A stretch of 64,000 nucleotides of DNA from Lama glama (lineage: Eukaryota), in contig CM052816.1 of assembly GCA_028534125.1 (NCBI GenBank), forward strand, positions 88,972,001 through 89,036,000, in the 5' to 3' direction. This document shows positions 52,216-64,000 of the stretch, one piece after another. The notes under the pieces are model-generated. The model saw nothing but the letters and a program-made list of their open reading frames with translations, was not told where the DNA came from and ran no database searches. The translations under genes and the position numbers were made by a program. Every line of letters starts with the position of its first letter. The stretch's first letter is position 1.

Positions 52216-53779
52216 TATATATTAGAGTGAATGTTTGTGACGCAACAGAATATTCAAAAACATTGCCATTTTCTCAGTAAATGCTGTGTAATCATTTCAA
52301 AACAAACTCTTGCAAATTAGAAAAAAATAATCTGACAATGGAAAAATTTTGGCAAGCTTTTACATCATGATTTGAAGCATTCATCAAGTCTGTAAAAAGA
52401 GAAACACTACATGTTCTTTAATTAAAAATAATGGATTTCATTATGTCAGCAAAGTTTTAACCAAAAGGCATGTGAGTAGAATATATGTAGCAGAAAAACA
52501 GTAAATCAATATTAATGATGGCTTATCAGTGCAAGTTGATTTTATAATAAATAAAAGCTTGAGATAAAAAATGGAAAAATAAATCCAGAATTCTGCTTAG
52601 CTAAAATCCAAGCATAGAGGTGGACATTCATAAACTATTAACATATTCATGTTATGAGTTTAGTTTAGAAAGTTCAGAATCCAAAAATATAAAAACAACG
52701 TGGGCATTCAGACATAAGGGTCTCCTCCCCAGCAAGAAAACAAACATTCTGAATATGATAGCAAATCACAGTTACTTGAACTAGGAATATTATAACCTAC
52801 TCTACTACAAAATAGCCCTAGGGTTTTCTATTACCATGAAAAATGTGAGCCCATTAAATATCTGTGGTTGTTTGATGATTAAATACTTGACCTATATGTC
52901 TAGAAACAAGAGTGAGGCAAGCATCTGCCAGAGTAACGTTATACGTCCGAGATCAGAACTAGATTTTAGAATCTGAGAGTCAGAAGGGCCTGGTTAAAAG
53001 ACACCTCAATTTATCTCCTGTGACAGTGGAGCTTCTGCAATTTCAAAACAGAAGCAGATACAGAAAATGTGCATGGCTTTATAAAGACTTAATAGAAAAG
53101 GAGGAAATCAAATCCTTCTCTGGAATGATGATTTTTATCATTCAAACAAAATTTGGTTAATTCTATAACTTTCTTATCCAGAAATCACAGTAGATTTGTA
53201 ATATTATGTAATATATAGCTTTGATTCAATGGCCATCAAAGGAGTTTGATTAAAAGTTTGGTTTTTTTCCAGATGAATTACTTAGAATAAATCTAGGGGA
53301 AATATTAGTATTAGGATTAGGATTAGGATTTATTAGTATTATTTTGGCAAACATGGAAAGCTTCTATGTGATATTTCAGTTACTTTTGTATAGCATATTT
53401 TAGTTGTGAGATTAAAAAAAGCAAACACAGGGATAAATGACTATAAGGAAATCAAGCTGCTGAAAGAAGTCAGCAAAGTGCATAATTCTAGTTACTCTGG
53501 AATCCCTCCATTAAATGAATAAGCATGAAAGTTAAATCATTTGTTTCTCAAATCATGCTCCTGATTAAGCAGCTGGTGAACACACCATTGAAAAAAAGAC
53601 TGCCACGATTCTTGGAAACCAACATAGGTAAATTAAATCTCAGTTCTAGAAAATGTAGTATTTTGTGCTCTTTCCCTGTCTGTGATCTTGTTTCTTTTCT
53701 TTACGTTTGTCCTGCTACTTTATGCTCCAGCTAAATGAGGAAACAGTGATCTACATTACTAGTGTGTTAAGTCTTATTT

Positions 53780-53990
53780 CTAGTGACCACATTACTTAGG
53801 AGATTTTGCTAGGAAGCTGCACTTCCTGGATGAAAATTCATGTATAGCTTAGGCAAGTTTGTATGAACCTTTGTGTGTCTGTTTTCTTCTATACAATGAA
53901 GATAATTATCATAGCTATAGCACAGAGATGTGAAGATTAAATGAGCTTATATAGACATTGTAATAATATTTGTTATCCAGTAATTTTCTT
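53780..53990 (+). mobile_element. MIR fragment
   Basis: cttaggcaagtt...tctgttttcttctatacaatgaagataat...tgtgaagattaaatgag. Confidence 0.6.
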
Positions 53991-54997
53991 TCATAAAGTG
54001 TAATTACCATTTTTGTTTAAACAAAGAGGTCAGTGATCCTCTCTAGCAAATTCAGTTGTCCTTGAATATATCTTTATCCTTTCTATTGTCCTGTTAGCAT
54101 CTATATGATCTAGATGTATAATTTGGATTGCTATTGAATGTATCTCCTTACCTTCATGGACCCGTCAGTCTATGATGAGAAGTACTGCCCTGGCTTAGGT
54201 CAGAGCTGGTCCCTCTAAAGTCATGTGACCCAGGGCAGGGCTACCTTGCCGAGGCATAAAGGTGGTGATAGTGAAGAGAGCTTCAGCTGAGCATTGAGGG
54301 GCATTTCAAAAACAAGAACATTGTAAATGAAGTACAACAGAGCAACTGATGTTGCCATGCTTTGTGAAGGATAAATATGTCAACTTGATTTTAGTCTGAG
54401 GTCCAAATATGGTAGAAATTGTGGAAAAAATGCTACTAGGTATATTGGGGCAAGACTATTGATGTTTGTTGTTGTTTTGGCTTTTTTTTAAATGAACTGT
54501 TATTATTCTGCTATTATTGTTCTCTCTGATGGCAGGAGGGGAAGGTGTCTTTAGGCAAACCCTGGGAATATTTGTCTGGGAGAGACAGCTCGAAAAGGAA
54601 ACTATTTTAAAACGTTATGGACAATCATTTTAAGAACCTACATTTGGATAGTTACATTACTAATGGAAAGAAAGGAAATAATAGAAATACATTTCTATAT
54701 ATTATCATGAACAAGGAATCATTTTTTGAAATCTATCCTGAGTTCTGAGATTGTGATTATCTACCCTCAGTTCTCTGCTTTTATTTATGTAGCTGATTTA
54801 GGGAGTCTCCCATTGGTCTTGGAATCAATAGCAATTTTAAAAAGATTTTATATTTATTTAATGTACAAAATATGTTGTAAAATGCAATTCTAGATCATAA
54901 ATACACCCCTGTTTAGCATATGTGTTTTCATTATTAACATAGATATATATGTTAGAATTGACCCAGGAATCAGATGGTCAGATAGCAATATGTAATA

Positions 54998-55341
54998 CAG
55001 TTGGCCCTATATATCTGTGGGTTCTGCATCTGCAGATTTAACCAACCATGGATAAAAATATTTTTTTTTAAATTCCAGAAAGTTTCAAAAGCAAAACTTG
55101 AATTTGTGTCATGTTAGCAAATATTTACATGGCAATTACCTTGTATTTACAACTATTTGTATACTATTTACATTGTATTAAGTATTTTAAGTAACCTAGA
55201 GATGATTTAAAGTATACAAAGGATATGTGTAGGTTATATGCAAATACTATGCCATTTTATATACTGGACTAGTACATCCTCAAACTTTGATGTCTGTGGG
55301 AATCCTGGAACCACTCAGACAAGGATACTGAGGGGTGACTG
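54998..55341. mobile_element. MER2-family Tigger MITE
   Basis: 344 bp with TIRs CAGTTGGCCCT... and ...AGGGGTGACTG, flanked by TA on both sides. Internal ctagagatgatttaaagtatac and taggttatatgcaaatactatgccattttatat. Confidence 0.92.
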
Positions 55342-56657
55342 TATGTATATTAAACTAGAAAGTGAGAGCTAATGGGAAATGTTAAAATATAACAGTAACA
55401 ACAGTAATATTGGAACTACTTCTAGCAAATCCTCAAAGGACCTGAATATAGGAGAGTAAAATTTTTTAAAGGAAAAGTAGAGATCACTACATTTGGACAA
55501 AATGTCTTTTCCTTAGTCTTCACCATCAAAAACATCAGAGGGAAAAAAAAAAAGTTTGACTAGTTTCATGCCAGAGCAACATAGAAAAATGTGGGATTAT
55601 AATCAAGAATAATCTAAATGAGGAAGATGCAAAAGATATTTAGGAGTGCAGAAAATTATACAGAGCTGCAGATCAAGTGAAAGAGCATTCATTAATTTAA
55701 TTAATGAGCTAGAGATTTCTAAGCTGTTTGGGTTCATGACTATATTAATGTTTCAGTAATTTTTTTATAGCAGCCCTAGGCCCAAGCCCTAATAGTTCTG
55801 TTCAATAAAGAAGTATGTCTAACTATCCTGAGAGTAAGTACATTGTTGGATTTCTTATAGATGTCCCTATGTCTCTCTTGAAATTTAAAACATCCTAGGG
55901 TGCTCCCCTCTGTGAAGTTACTCAGGAGAGGATGCACCCCCTTCTCTGTGAATTTACTGCAATATTCCAGAAAACGTCGGCACAGAGTTTGCAGGCATAA
56001 GCAATCCCTAGAAGCCTGCAGAACTGAATTAATGCAGTAGCCTTCTTGTTGCACTTTCTGTCCCCGAGGTCTTTTTTTGCATCCTGCTACTGTCCTCTAG
56101 TAGTATTTATCAGGGCTTCCCAAACGCTTCTGGAATCAAGTTCAAATTTTTTCCCATTTTTGTTGAATTGCCTCTAACTTACCTGAATGTATCCCCAGTG
56201 CTTATCTTTAAATATCTTCCTGTGAGTCAGGCCATCACCTTTATTCCCTGAAACACTTTGATTATTTTATTCTCAAAACTTTTTCTCTTTCACTATGTGC
56301 TTCTCTGTCTGTCCTTCCTAGTCACATTATAGCAAATCCAATGTCAAGGTCAAGTTCTACCTGATTTGGGTATCTTACTTGCTTAACCCATTCTATTATT
56401 TACTCTATAACAGAAAAAAAGCAATTTATTAATGTACTATATTTTATATAGTACATGCATTAATGTACTATATTTTAATATTTTATCCTAAAATACTTGT
56501 TTAAAATTATGGTTATACATAGCTATTTTGCATTTTGTGAACCAAAGGATATGTGTAGGCTTTTGCACATACAGAGTATTAAATAAACACTGAAAAAAAA
56601 ACCCTCTAAGTATGTATTACTTCATCTGCATATGCATATCTGTCCTGAATTCACTAC

Positions 56658-57089
56658 TGTTAAATATTAAATTGTGTTTGCACACATAAAAATGATGGCA
56701 TATTGAAGCCTTAACCTCTGAAAATGTGACCTTATTTAAAAATAGGATCCTTGTGGATGTGATCAAAATAAGATGAGGTCATTAGAGAGGTCTTAATCCC
56801 AATCCAAGAAGAGAAAAAAGCCATGTAAAGACAGAGGCACACAGGAGAAGATATCCATGTGACAGGGGAACGGGAGTCTGGGTGATGTATCTACAAACCA
56901 AGGAAAAGCAAGGATTGCTGGCAAATGTCAGAAACTAGAAGAGGCAAGGAAGGAGTCTTCAGAGGGAGTATGGCTCTACTGACACCTTAACCTCAGACTT
57001 CTAGCCACAGAGCCGTGAGACAATGCATGTCTGTTTTAAACCCCCCAGTTTGTGGTATTTTGTTACATCAGCCTTGAGAAGCTAATACA
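56658..57089 (+). mobile_element. MaLR LTR (MLT1B/C-like)
   Basis: TGT...AATACA ends, with aatgtgaccttattt, agatgaggtcat, gacttctagcc and cagtttgtggtattttgttac. Confidence 0.9.
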
Positions 57090-57224
57090 ATTAGGATAGA
57101 GGTAAACAATGATAATAAATACACTTCATTTTAAATCACGGAAAAAAAGAGTGCTTTTATAGTTTAGTAAGGCCCTTGTAAATATGCATGCTTTCCTTTT
57201 TGATATAAAATACCACAGATGAGT

Positions 57225-57505
57225 AATAATAATCAGCTACATCTGTAAAGCACTTGCTCATTTACAAAGAACTTTCAATTACAGTATTTCCTGAGATATT
57301 GAATATTACATGACATGTCACATAGAGCAAGTATTATCACATCTTTTTGGCATGTGGGCAGAGTCCTGGGGAAATTTTAAAATCCATTCACTGATACTTA
57401 TATTCAAGCCACATGTTCTTTCTGAAACTCATAGTTAGTAAGCAAAAGAGCCAGCAATTACACCTGATTGCTGATCTGAAGCTTGATGTTCAATCCACTA
57501 TGCCT
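57225..57505 (-). mobile_element. MIR, degraded
   Basis: aataataatcagctacatctgtaaagcactt... and ctcatagttagtaagcaaaagagccag. Confidence 0.45.
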
Positions 57506-58644
57506 CAAAATCTGATGTTTTCAAAGAATAGATTCCCTCTCCTTGATTCTTATCGTTCACTGAAAATAGGACTGAAGGTGATATGTTTACCTACTTACAT
57601 TCAAGAAAGGCTGCATGTCTGAGGAAATTCTCTGATTTAATGAAATGTTCTGTGTCATGTTTATAAAAAGAATTTGTTCCTTTAGAATTTAGCAAATAAG
57701 TTACCTGGTTCTAGAATTACAGCACTGCTTTTCTAATCTTGCATTTAAATATTCCCTGTTTACATTTATACTACATGTAATACATTTTGCTCTCTAAACC
57801 ATCATACAGTTGTCTGGATTTAATCATTGCCAGAATTAAACGTCATGCCAAATTTTCAGGACTTAGCAATAGCAAATAGCAAGATTGGCTAGATGATGCC
57901 CCAGGACAAAATCATGATCATTGCCACTGTGAATGGCATTTGTGTAAAGGAATTCTCTGCTTCCTCCAACTATAACTTCATGAGTCCATTAATTTTCATG
58001 TCAACGGTGTTTGGGAAGATTGCGTATTTGTATAACCCTTAAAATTAAACCAATGGAAACTTTTTTATCAGTTTCTATTGAGACAGAATTATTTTCCTTG
58101 ATATATTTTGATTTATTATCTAGAAAGTTTTATTCATTTACTGCATCTTGCTATTAAAAAGCTGTACAATGCAAGAGAAGGGAAGACGAGGGGAGTGAAC
58201 CTTGTGCTTTGCCATTTTCACTTCCGGAGGTTAAGCTCTCCTTTCCCCAGGCCAACACTAAAATGCGCAAAACTTGGTGCTACAGAACCCTTCTATGGCT
58301 TTATAAAGTTTATGTGGCAAAATTTCAGGCGACTATAAAAGTACTGCATTTCAGAGGAATTTGTGGAAGAGGTAGCTAAAGCTGTGAATTGAGTCAACAC
58401 GTAACCAAGCTTCATGAAAGAGTGTGGGCTTCAAAGTACCTACATTTACTCTTTGATCAAGTGCTCAATACGTAATCCAATTGACAATGTTCTCATAGAA
58501 ATATTATCTTCTAAAATTCCTATTTATTGGCATATCGCTGTTAGGCAAAACTCTGATTTCATTTGAAGCTATTTTTCTCCACGCAGAAACAATTGACTTA
58601 ATTTTACCAGGACTACAGTGATCTTCACTGAGAGATAGAGATGG

Positions 58645-58892
58645 GTAATGTCTGAGGACAGAGATCCCAGAGTCAGATTACCTGTATTTAATTTCTGGAT
58701 TCCCCCACACATTAGCTGTGTGACCTTGGGCAATACCTTTACCTCTCTGTACTTCCGTCTCTCATTTGTTAAACAGGAATCAGAAGAGTTTCTGTCTAAT
58801 AGTTATCTATGATTATTAAAGAAGCTAATAGAGGTACAGAATTTCAGCTATTGTCTGGAAAATTAGTGAGAAGTGTAACTATGAGCTATCAT
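58645..58892 (+). mobile_element. MIR, near full length
   Basis: agagtcagattacctg...attagctgtgtgaccttgggcaa...acctctctgtacttccgtctctcatttgt...attaaagaagctaat. Confidence 0.85.
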
Positions 58893-59301
58893 GGGAATAT
58901 ATTCTGGAATCCATCAAAATAATGTTGTTGAGCTGATTGTCACAAAGGAAAATTATAGTGAAAAATAACCGACCAAAACAAATCCTAAAAACAACACCCT
59001 GCCTCTCAAGTCTCTCACTTTGTATGCAAACAGATGTACAGTCATCTGTTACTCATTGACTTCGAAGATGAACAGATGTCTATATCTTTTAAGAAGGAAA
59101 ATAAATTGTCATGCTATCCCATAATGGTCAACACATTCCTAATCATCTGATTTCAACCTGCTTTTGATTTTGTTAAATTATTGGAAGTTTGCAATTTCCT
59201 AAATTTTTCAGTTTCAAGAATCTGCAAACCTCCCTTTAAGTGCGTAACAGTGATTCAGTATTTACAAAGGCTCCCTGATAAATTATAAACTAACTTTCAA
59301 A

Positions 59302-59801
59302 NNNNNNNNNNNNNNNNNNNNNNNNNNNNNNNNNNNNNNNNNNNNNNNNNNNNNNNNNNNNNNNNNNNNNNNNNNNNNNNNNNNNNNNNNNNNNNNNNNN
59401 NNNNNNNNNNNNNNNNNNNNNNNNNNNNNNNNNNNNNNNNNNNNNNNNNNNNNNNNNNNNNNNNNNNNNNNNNNNNNNNNNNNNNNNNNNNNNNNNNNNN
59501 NNNNNNNNNNNNNNNNNNNNNNNNNNNNNNNNNNNNNNNNNNNNNNNNNNNNNNNNNNNNNNNNNNNNNNNNNNNNNNNNNNNNNNNNNNNNNNNNNNNN
59601 NNNNNNNNNNNNNNNNNNNNNNNNNNNNNNNNNNNNNNNNNNNNNNNNNNNNNNNNNNNNNNNNNNNNNNNNNNNNNNNNNNNNNNNNNNNNNNNNNNNN
59701 NNNNNNNNNNNNNNNNNNNNNNNNNNNNNNNNNNNNNNNNNNNNNNNNNNNNNNNNNNNNNNNNNNNNNNNNNNNNNNNNNNNNNNNNNNNNNNNNNNNN
59801 N
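59302..59801. other. Assembly gap (500 N)
   Basis: Exactly 500 N. Confidence 1.
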
Positions 59802-60574
59802 TAGATAATACTATTTACTCAGAGGCATTGTTACATAGATTTGAAAATGTTATATCACTTTCAATAATAATAGTTATTTTTGCCATTTCACACTAATTTA
59901 CAGGTATATATTGATTTCCTTACTGATTTATTTTAAGACTTTATTATTGTAATTAGCTATATATTAAAATGTGCTATACTTTGACAGATTGGACCAAATA
60001 TTGACAGACCCAGCAAAAACAAATTACTGTAATTTTTATATGTGTGCAAAATCATAACTGACTTTTAATTTTGGAATTCACACTGTTTATTGATCAGCAT
60101 CTTTAAAAATATTATCATTAATTACCACTGCTGTTATAAATTTCCTTGCTTTGTGAGTCAATTCAGTATTATTATCTTTAAACAGCATGTGAACCCTACC
60201 AGTTAGTCAAAGAAAACAGAAAAATAATGTATGAAATATCCTAGAGACTGTTAAAAATATATGTATGTATGTACATATATATACTAAATTTATTTTCTAA
60301 ATAAACCATAAATTTTAAACATTTGATCTAAAAAATTAACTCTCAATTTTAACCCTAAAATTTATTTATAATTCTAATAATTTGAATGACAAAGATTTGT
60401 CACAGTAATTTCCTCTACAGAAATAAAATACCTAACACACTTACTTGCTTTGAGAAATGAATGACTAGTTGTTTCACAATATTTGGTAACATTTCCCCTA
60501 CAGCAAATGAGGACTTGTTCATTAGTCATCATTCATTCATCCATTCAAAATATACTTAAATACTCTGGGCTAAG

Positions 60575-60990
60575 TATTTGCTGTTGGCCCCTCCAGATCC
60601 ACACTCCATATTTTTAAACTCAGCTTCCTGGCTTATAAAGTTGACCTTTATGGGTTACACTCTTCCTCTGCTTTTGTTTGTGTTAAGTGAGTTGATGCCC
60701 TGGCAGGAGGTACCAGGGAGAGAGTAGAGTGAGGTCGAAGTATTTCTACCCAGGGCCCCATGATGTTGTCTCTTGTAGATGCATCCCTTAACTGATGTAT
60801 CCAACTCCACTCAAAAGTGACTTTGTTATATGGCTTTCTCAACTGTTCCCTTGGGTCTAAGAGTTCTGGCAACTCCTTTATTGCATGGCCACATGACTCT
60901 TTGTAAAAATGCCTTTGTAAATACACTCTGCCTAAATGATACCAACATTGATTATCTCATCTGTGGCCTACTGTGCCCAGATTAACACCA
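60575..60990 (+). mobile_element. ERVL LTR (LTR33-like)
   Basis: ccagatccacactcc...gcaggag...gagagtagagtgaggtcgaagtattt...tttgtaaata resembles recalled LTR33. Confidence 0.6.
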
Positions 60991-61444
60991 TTGTCTATTT
61001 ACCTGATATGGTTCTTGGTAATGTCAAGATAATTCTCTTTATTTATTTACTCATTGTGTATTTATTATTTATTTATTAATCATTTACTCATTTATTTGTT
61101 TTTAATCATAGATGCAACAGAGAATTCTCAATTTTTTTCTTGCATATTTAGGTAAAATTAGCTCTAAAGGTCTCAACTTCTACCCTCTCCCCACATCAGT
61201 CATACCAAGCATTCAAAACCCCAGTCCATAAAAGCAAAACCAAAAGAAGTTCCTTGTGAATTTAAAATGTGAGAAAATATGTTGTGGCATCATTCTCCTT
61301 TTCGTGTGAGGACACAGCATGTCTTTTGTGTACGCACTCAATAGAGAAAAGCATCATGTCTTCCCTCGTTAAACACTGTTCAGATATTTTTAACTGGAAA
61401 TGTGTGTCCTTGAAATGTATTCATTATAACAATTTTCTAATCAT

Positions 61445-61661
61445 TGTCAGGAAGGAAGACATTTTCCTTGACTGTTCTAGGTTCTTCTGGCTGCTCTAAA
61501 AATTAAATTGACGTGAGATAATAACAAGAGAAAAATTAAACAAAAGTTTAATAACATGCACACATAATAGAGTCCCAGGATAACTGAGTAACTCGCCAAA
61601 AAGGCCAGAGCCCTCACCTTAAATATTATCATTAGCTGAAGACAAAAAGGATGTTGGAGCT
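61445..61661 (-). mobile_element. Older ERV1-type LTR, 3' part only, interrupted by the provirus
   Basis: Starts TGTCAGG and contains ctaggttc...aattaaattgac...aacaagagaaaa, a pattern seen in MER4-group (MER101/LTR39-like) elements. Confidence 0.55.
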
Positions 61662-62138
61662 TGTCAAACAAAACAAAGAAACAAAGAAACAAACAAATAA
61701 AACAAAACAAAACAAAAACCCACAAAAGTACAGAAGGCTACAAATAAGAAAAAGAGTTCATTGAGGGTCTTACAAATTACAATTTGGGAGGCACTGATTT
61801 CAGTAACAACTCTAATGTGTTCTGGGGAAAGTAGAAAATGGAGGAGTTTTATAAAAACAATAGACAAAGACATTCCAGGAAGTCACATAAATTGTTTTAC
61901 AAAACTACAATCAGCTCCAGCAGGCATTCAGTTGCTTGTCAGCGGTGGACTAGTTGCTAGACTGCAGTTTCTAGGGAGCGGAGAAAATGAGTTCCAGATG
62001 GCCTGTGGATGCCTGGGTCAAAAGTTTATATAGCATCCAGGTGTAGACATGTGTAAGTTCTATTTCCCTAGTGGCCTCCTGGCTTTATTTTAGATCTTTT
62101 AGACATAAGAGACTCTATTTTGTTGTTCATAGTTTACA
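61662..62138 (-). mobile_element. 3' LTR of an ERV1 provirus
   Basis: On the minus strand it starts TGTAAAC directly after the PPT and ends GTTTGACA (imperfect inverted termini). Contains an expanded (TTTG)n-like tract. Confidence 0.75.
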
Positions 62139-62150
62139 TTTTCCCCTTTT
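62139..62150 (-). other. Retroviral polypurine tract
   Basis: Minus strand AAAAGGGGAAAA abutting the TGT of the LTR, downstream of env. Confidence 0.85.
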
Positions 62151-62388
62151 GATTAATATCTTTCCTTGGTGATCAATTATCTTATGATATTAGCAATCAT
62201 AAGTCAATATTCTTTTTAAAAAGTTCCTGGCACCAGGAAGACTTATTCCTGGTATGTCATGTCCCATAGAGGAGGAAAAGAGAATAAGAGTCATGGTCAT
62301 AAGGGAATTGTCATATTTGAGCATCAAATAGGTTTTCAGAAAGCAGGACTTAAGCATCTTTCCTACCTAAAATAATGACAAATTCAGT

Positions 62389-63804
62389 CTATCTTTTATT
62401 TGTGATATGAATTGTAGGCTGCATCTGGTTGAGTAATACAAGTCTCTGAGCAACCATAAACTTAATATCCTGAGTAGCAAGAAATAAAGAGCATATCAAC
62501 TTAGAGAATACACAGAAAGTCATTAATACCACAAGAATCAATACCAATGTCATAAGCAAAGATTTTAACCACTTTCACCTGAAAAAAAGCAACCTTTTAG
62601 TATTTCTCCAAGACTGGGTATTGTGTCATTCATAACATTTATTTTCTTTTTTATATGACTTAATAAATGGGTGACGTTAGATGATTCATCCTGTTTTAAA
62701 AAAAAAAAACAATCCGTTTGTATTATAGCTCAGGTACTCCCTTTAGAGGCTGTAACAGTGTCAAGAGCCATGCGATTTGTAAGATTGCCATTCTCTTTAA
62801 AAATATTTTAGAATTTAAAAGATTTGTAGACAGTTGATAATCATTTAGAGCTTATTGTGTAAAGTTGGTTAAAGTTTCTTTGTGAATAACAACATCTTTA
62901 TGTCCCAGTGAGAGAACAAAAATGATCATGGAAGACTAACCTGACCTGTCTTGCTCCTAATAAGGGGTAATTTGCAGGAGCAATGTTGAGAGTTGTGCAA
63001 ATATGTCCTTAAGTTCAAGAAGCTCTTAAGTTACAATGCCCTATCCACCCTGGAAGGTATCCAAGACAAGAGGTTAGTTCCACACAGCTATTAGATTCCA
63101 TTTGGGGCTACAAAATAAATACTAGGTTGACTATCTTAATCAATACCAAATCAATCACTAGTTTTTAAAGTGATACTTACAGTACAGAACCACATGACAT
63201 CCATCCAAAATACTGGATATTATTAGATTAATTCATCCTTGCATGGTCAATCTGTTCCTAACATATAAGGGGCTTTGGTACTAACACATAAGTTGGTGTT
63301 AACCATATAAATCCATTCCATAATTGGGCAATGTTACCCACTAAAGAATGAGAGGTGACTTTTCTTTTTTTTAAATTTTAGTCTAGTTCTTTTCTGAGAT
63401 TGGGTCTTGGTAACATTAAGAGAAAACAAATACCAACATAAAGAGTCATTTAAGGTTTGGTTGATGAACCATTCATGTTGTTTTCAATTAGTAAAATCTG
63501 TGGTTTCTAGAGTTCTGTTAGTATATCTTCCCTCTAAAACTAAATGTCCCAAAGCTAACCAGTTGAATTCTTGTAATGGAGATATTCTCCAAAGTAACGC
63601 AGAAGTTGTGGACAAGGACAGTTGTCCACAAATCCAAAAAACTGGATTTATTTTTAAAATTAGCATATGATTGTGCCCATGGAAGAAAAAAAACATTTAA
63701 GTCAAAAGCATTTATATGTAGAAAAAGGCAAATAAAAGGAGTATTACATAAGCCTGGTCTCAAATCTTAGAAAAGCTATCCACAACAGATTTGGTTTGCT
63801 TCAT
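62389..63804 (-). pseudogene. env: ERV1 (gamma-type) envelope remnant with stops and frameshifts
   Basis: Hand translation of the minus strand: WAQSYA...WICGQLSLSTTSALLWRISPLQ (SU), APNGI**LCGTNL...GWIGHC, cleavage-like RQVR, ETLTNFTQ*ALND, ISD RMAILQ/RMALDTVTASKGST*AIIQTDC, TM helix WLKSLLMTLVLILVVLMTFCVF. Confidence 0.92.
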
Positions 63805-64000
63805 TATCCTGGCTTTTGTCTGGTTAATTTTAGTTTCAGGTCTCTAGACAGTTATGGAGTTCAGATAGGAGATGGTACCTTCTTTAAATGAGGAACTCAA
63901 ATCCATGACTCAATTAGCTTAATATTAATGGTGCAAGGGTTAGTTAATGATACCTGATAAGGTCCCTTCTGACAAGGCTGAAAGGCATCTTTGTGCAAGT
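63804..64000 (-). pseudogene. pol: ERV pol integrase C-terminus (GPY/F region), continuing beyond the window
   Basis: Minus strand LHKDAFQPCQKGPYQVSLTNPCTINIKLIESWI*VPHLKKVP...DLKLKLTR matches the pattern LQPRWKGPYQVLLT...WIHxSHLKK. Confidence 0.9.

Noticed and set aside
53310..53330. (TTAGGA)x3 telomere-like repeat
   Set aside because: Too short and not TTAGGG; simple slippage.
1..64000. CRISPR arrays, operons, tRNA/rRNA genes, tRNA-derived SINEs
   Set aside because: None seen by eye. The sequence is mammalian, with no regularly spaced repeats or A/B-box elements outside degraded MIRs.

Overview
AT-rich, CpG-poor mammalian non-coding DNA (intergenic or deep intronic). It is probably camelid, judged by eye from the L1 3'UTRs at 1.7 and 24.4 kb. 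I can support no intact protein-coding gene, RNA gene or CRISPR array. The supplied ORFs are either chance or decayed transposon frames. The window is a layered transposable-element landscape of L2, MIR, old and young L1, MaLR/ERVL LTRs, Tigger/hAT MITEs and an ERV1-type solo LTR, with two 500-N scaffold gaps. The right end holds the 3' part of a dead gamma-like (ERV1) provirus on the minus strand: integrase C-terminus, near full-length env remnant, polypurine tract and 3' LTR, nested inside an older LTR. The most unusual observation is a young 5'-truncated L1 (1664-2029) with a strand-specific excess of T>C, which is A>G on the L1 sense strand. This is consistent with an ADAR hyper-edited RNA that was retrotransposed. 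Smaller candidates are a 12-nt microexon, a triple-hairpin motif at a splice donor, a CpG-retaining enhancer-like element and an L1 RT fragment lacking both ends. Repeat family names come from recalled consensus sequences, and boundaries of old elements are approximate.
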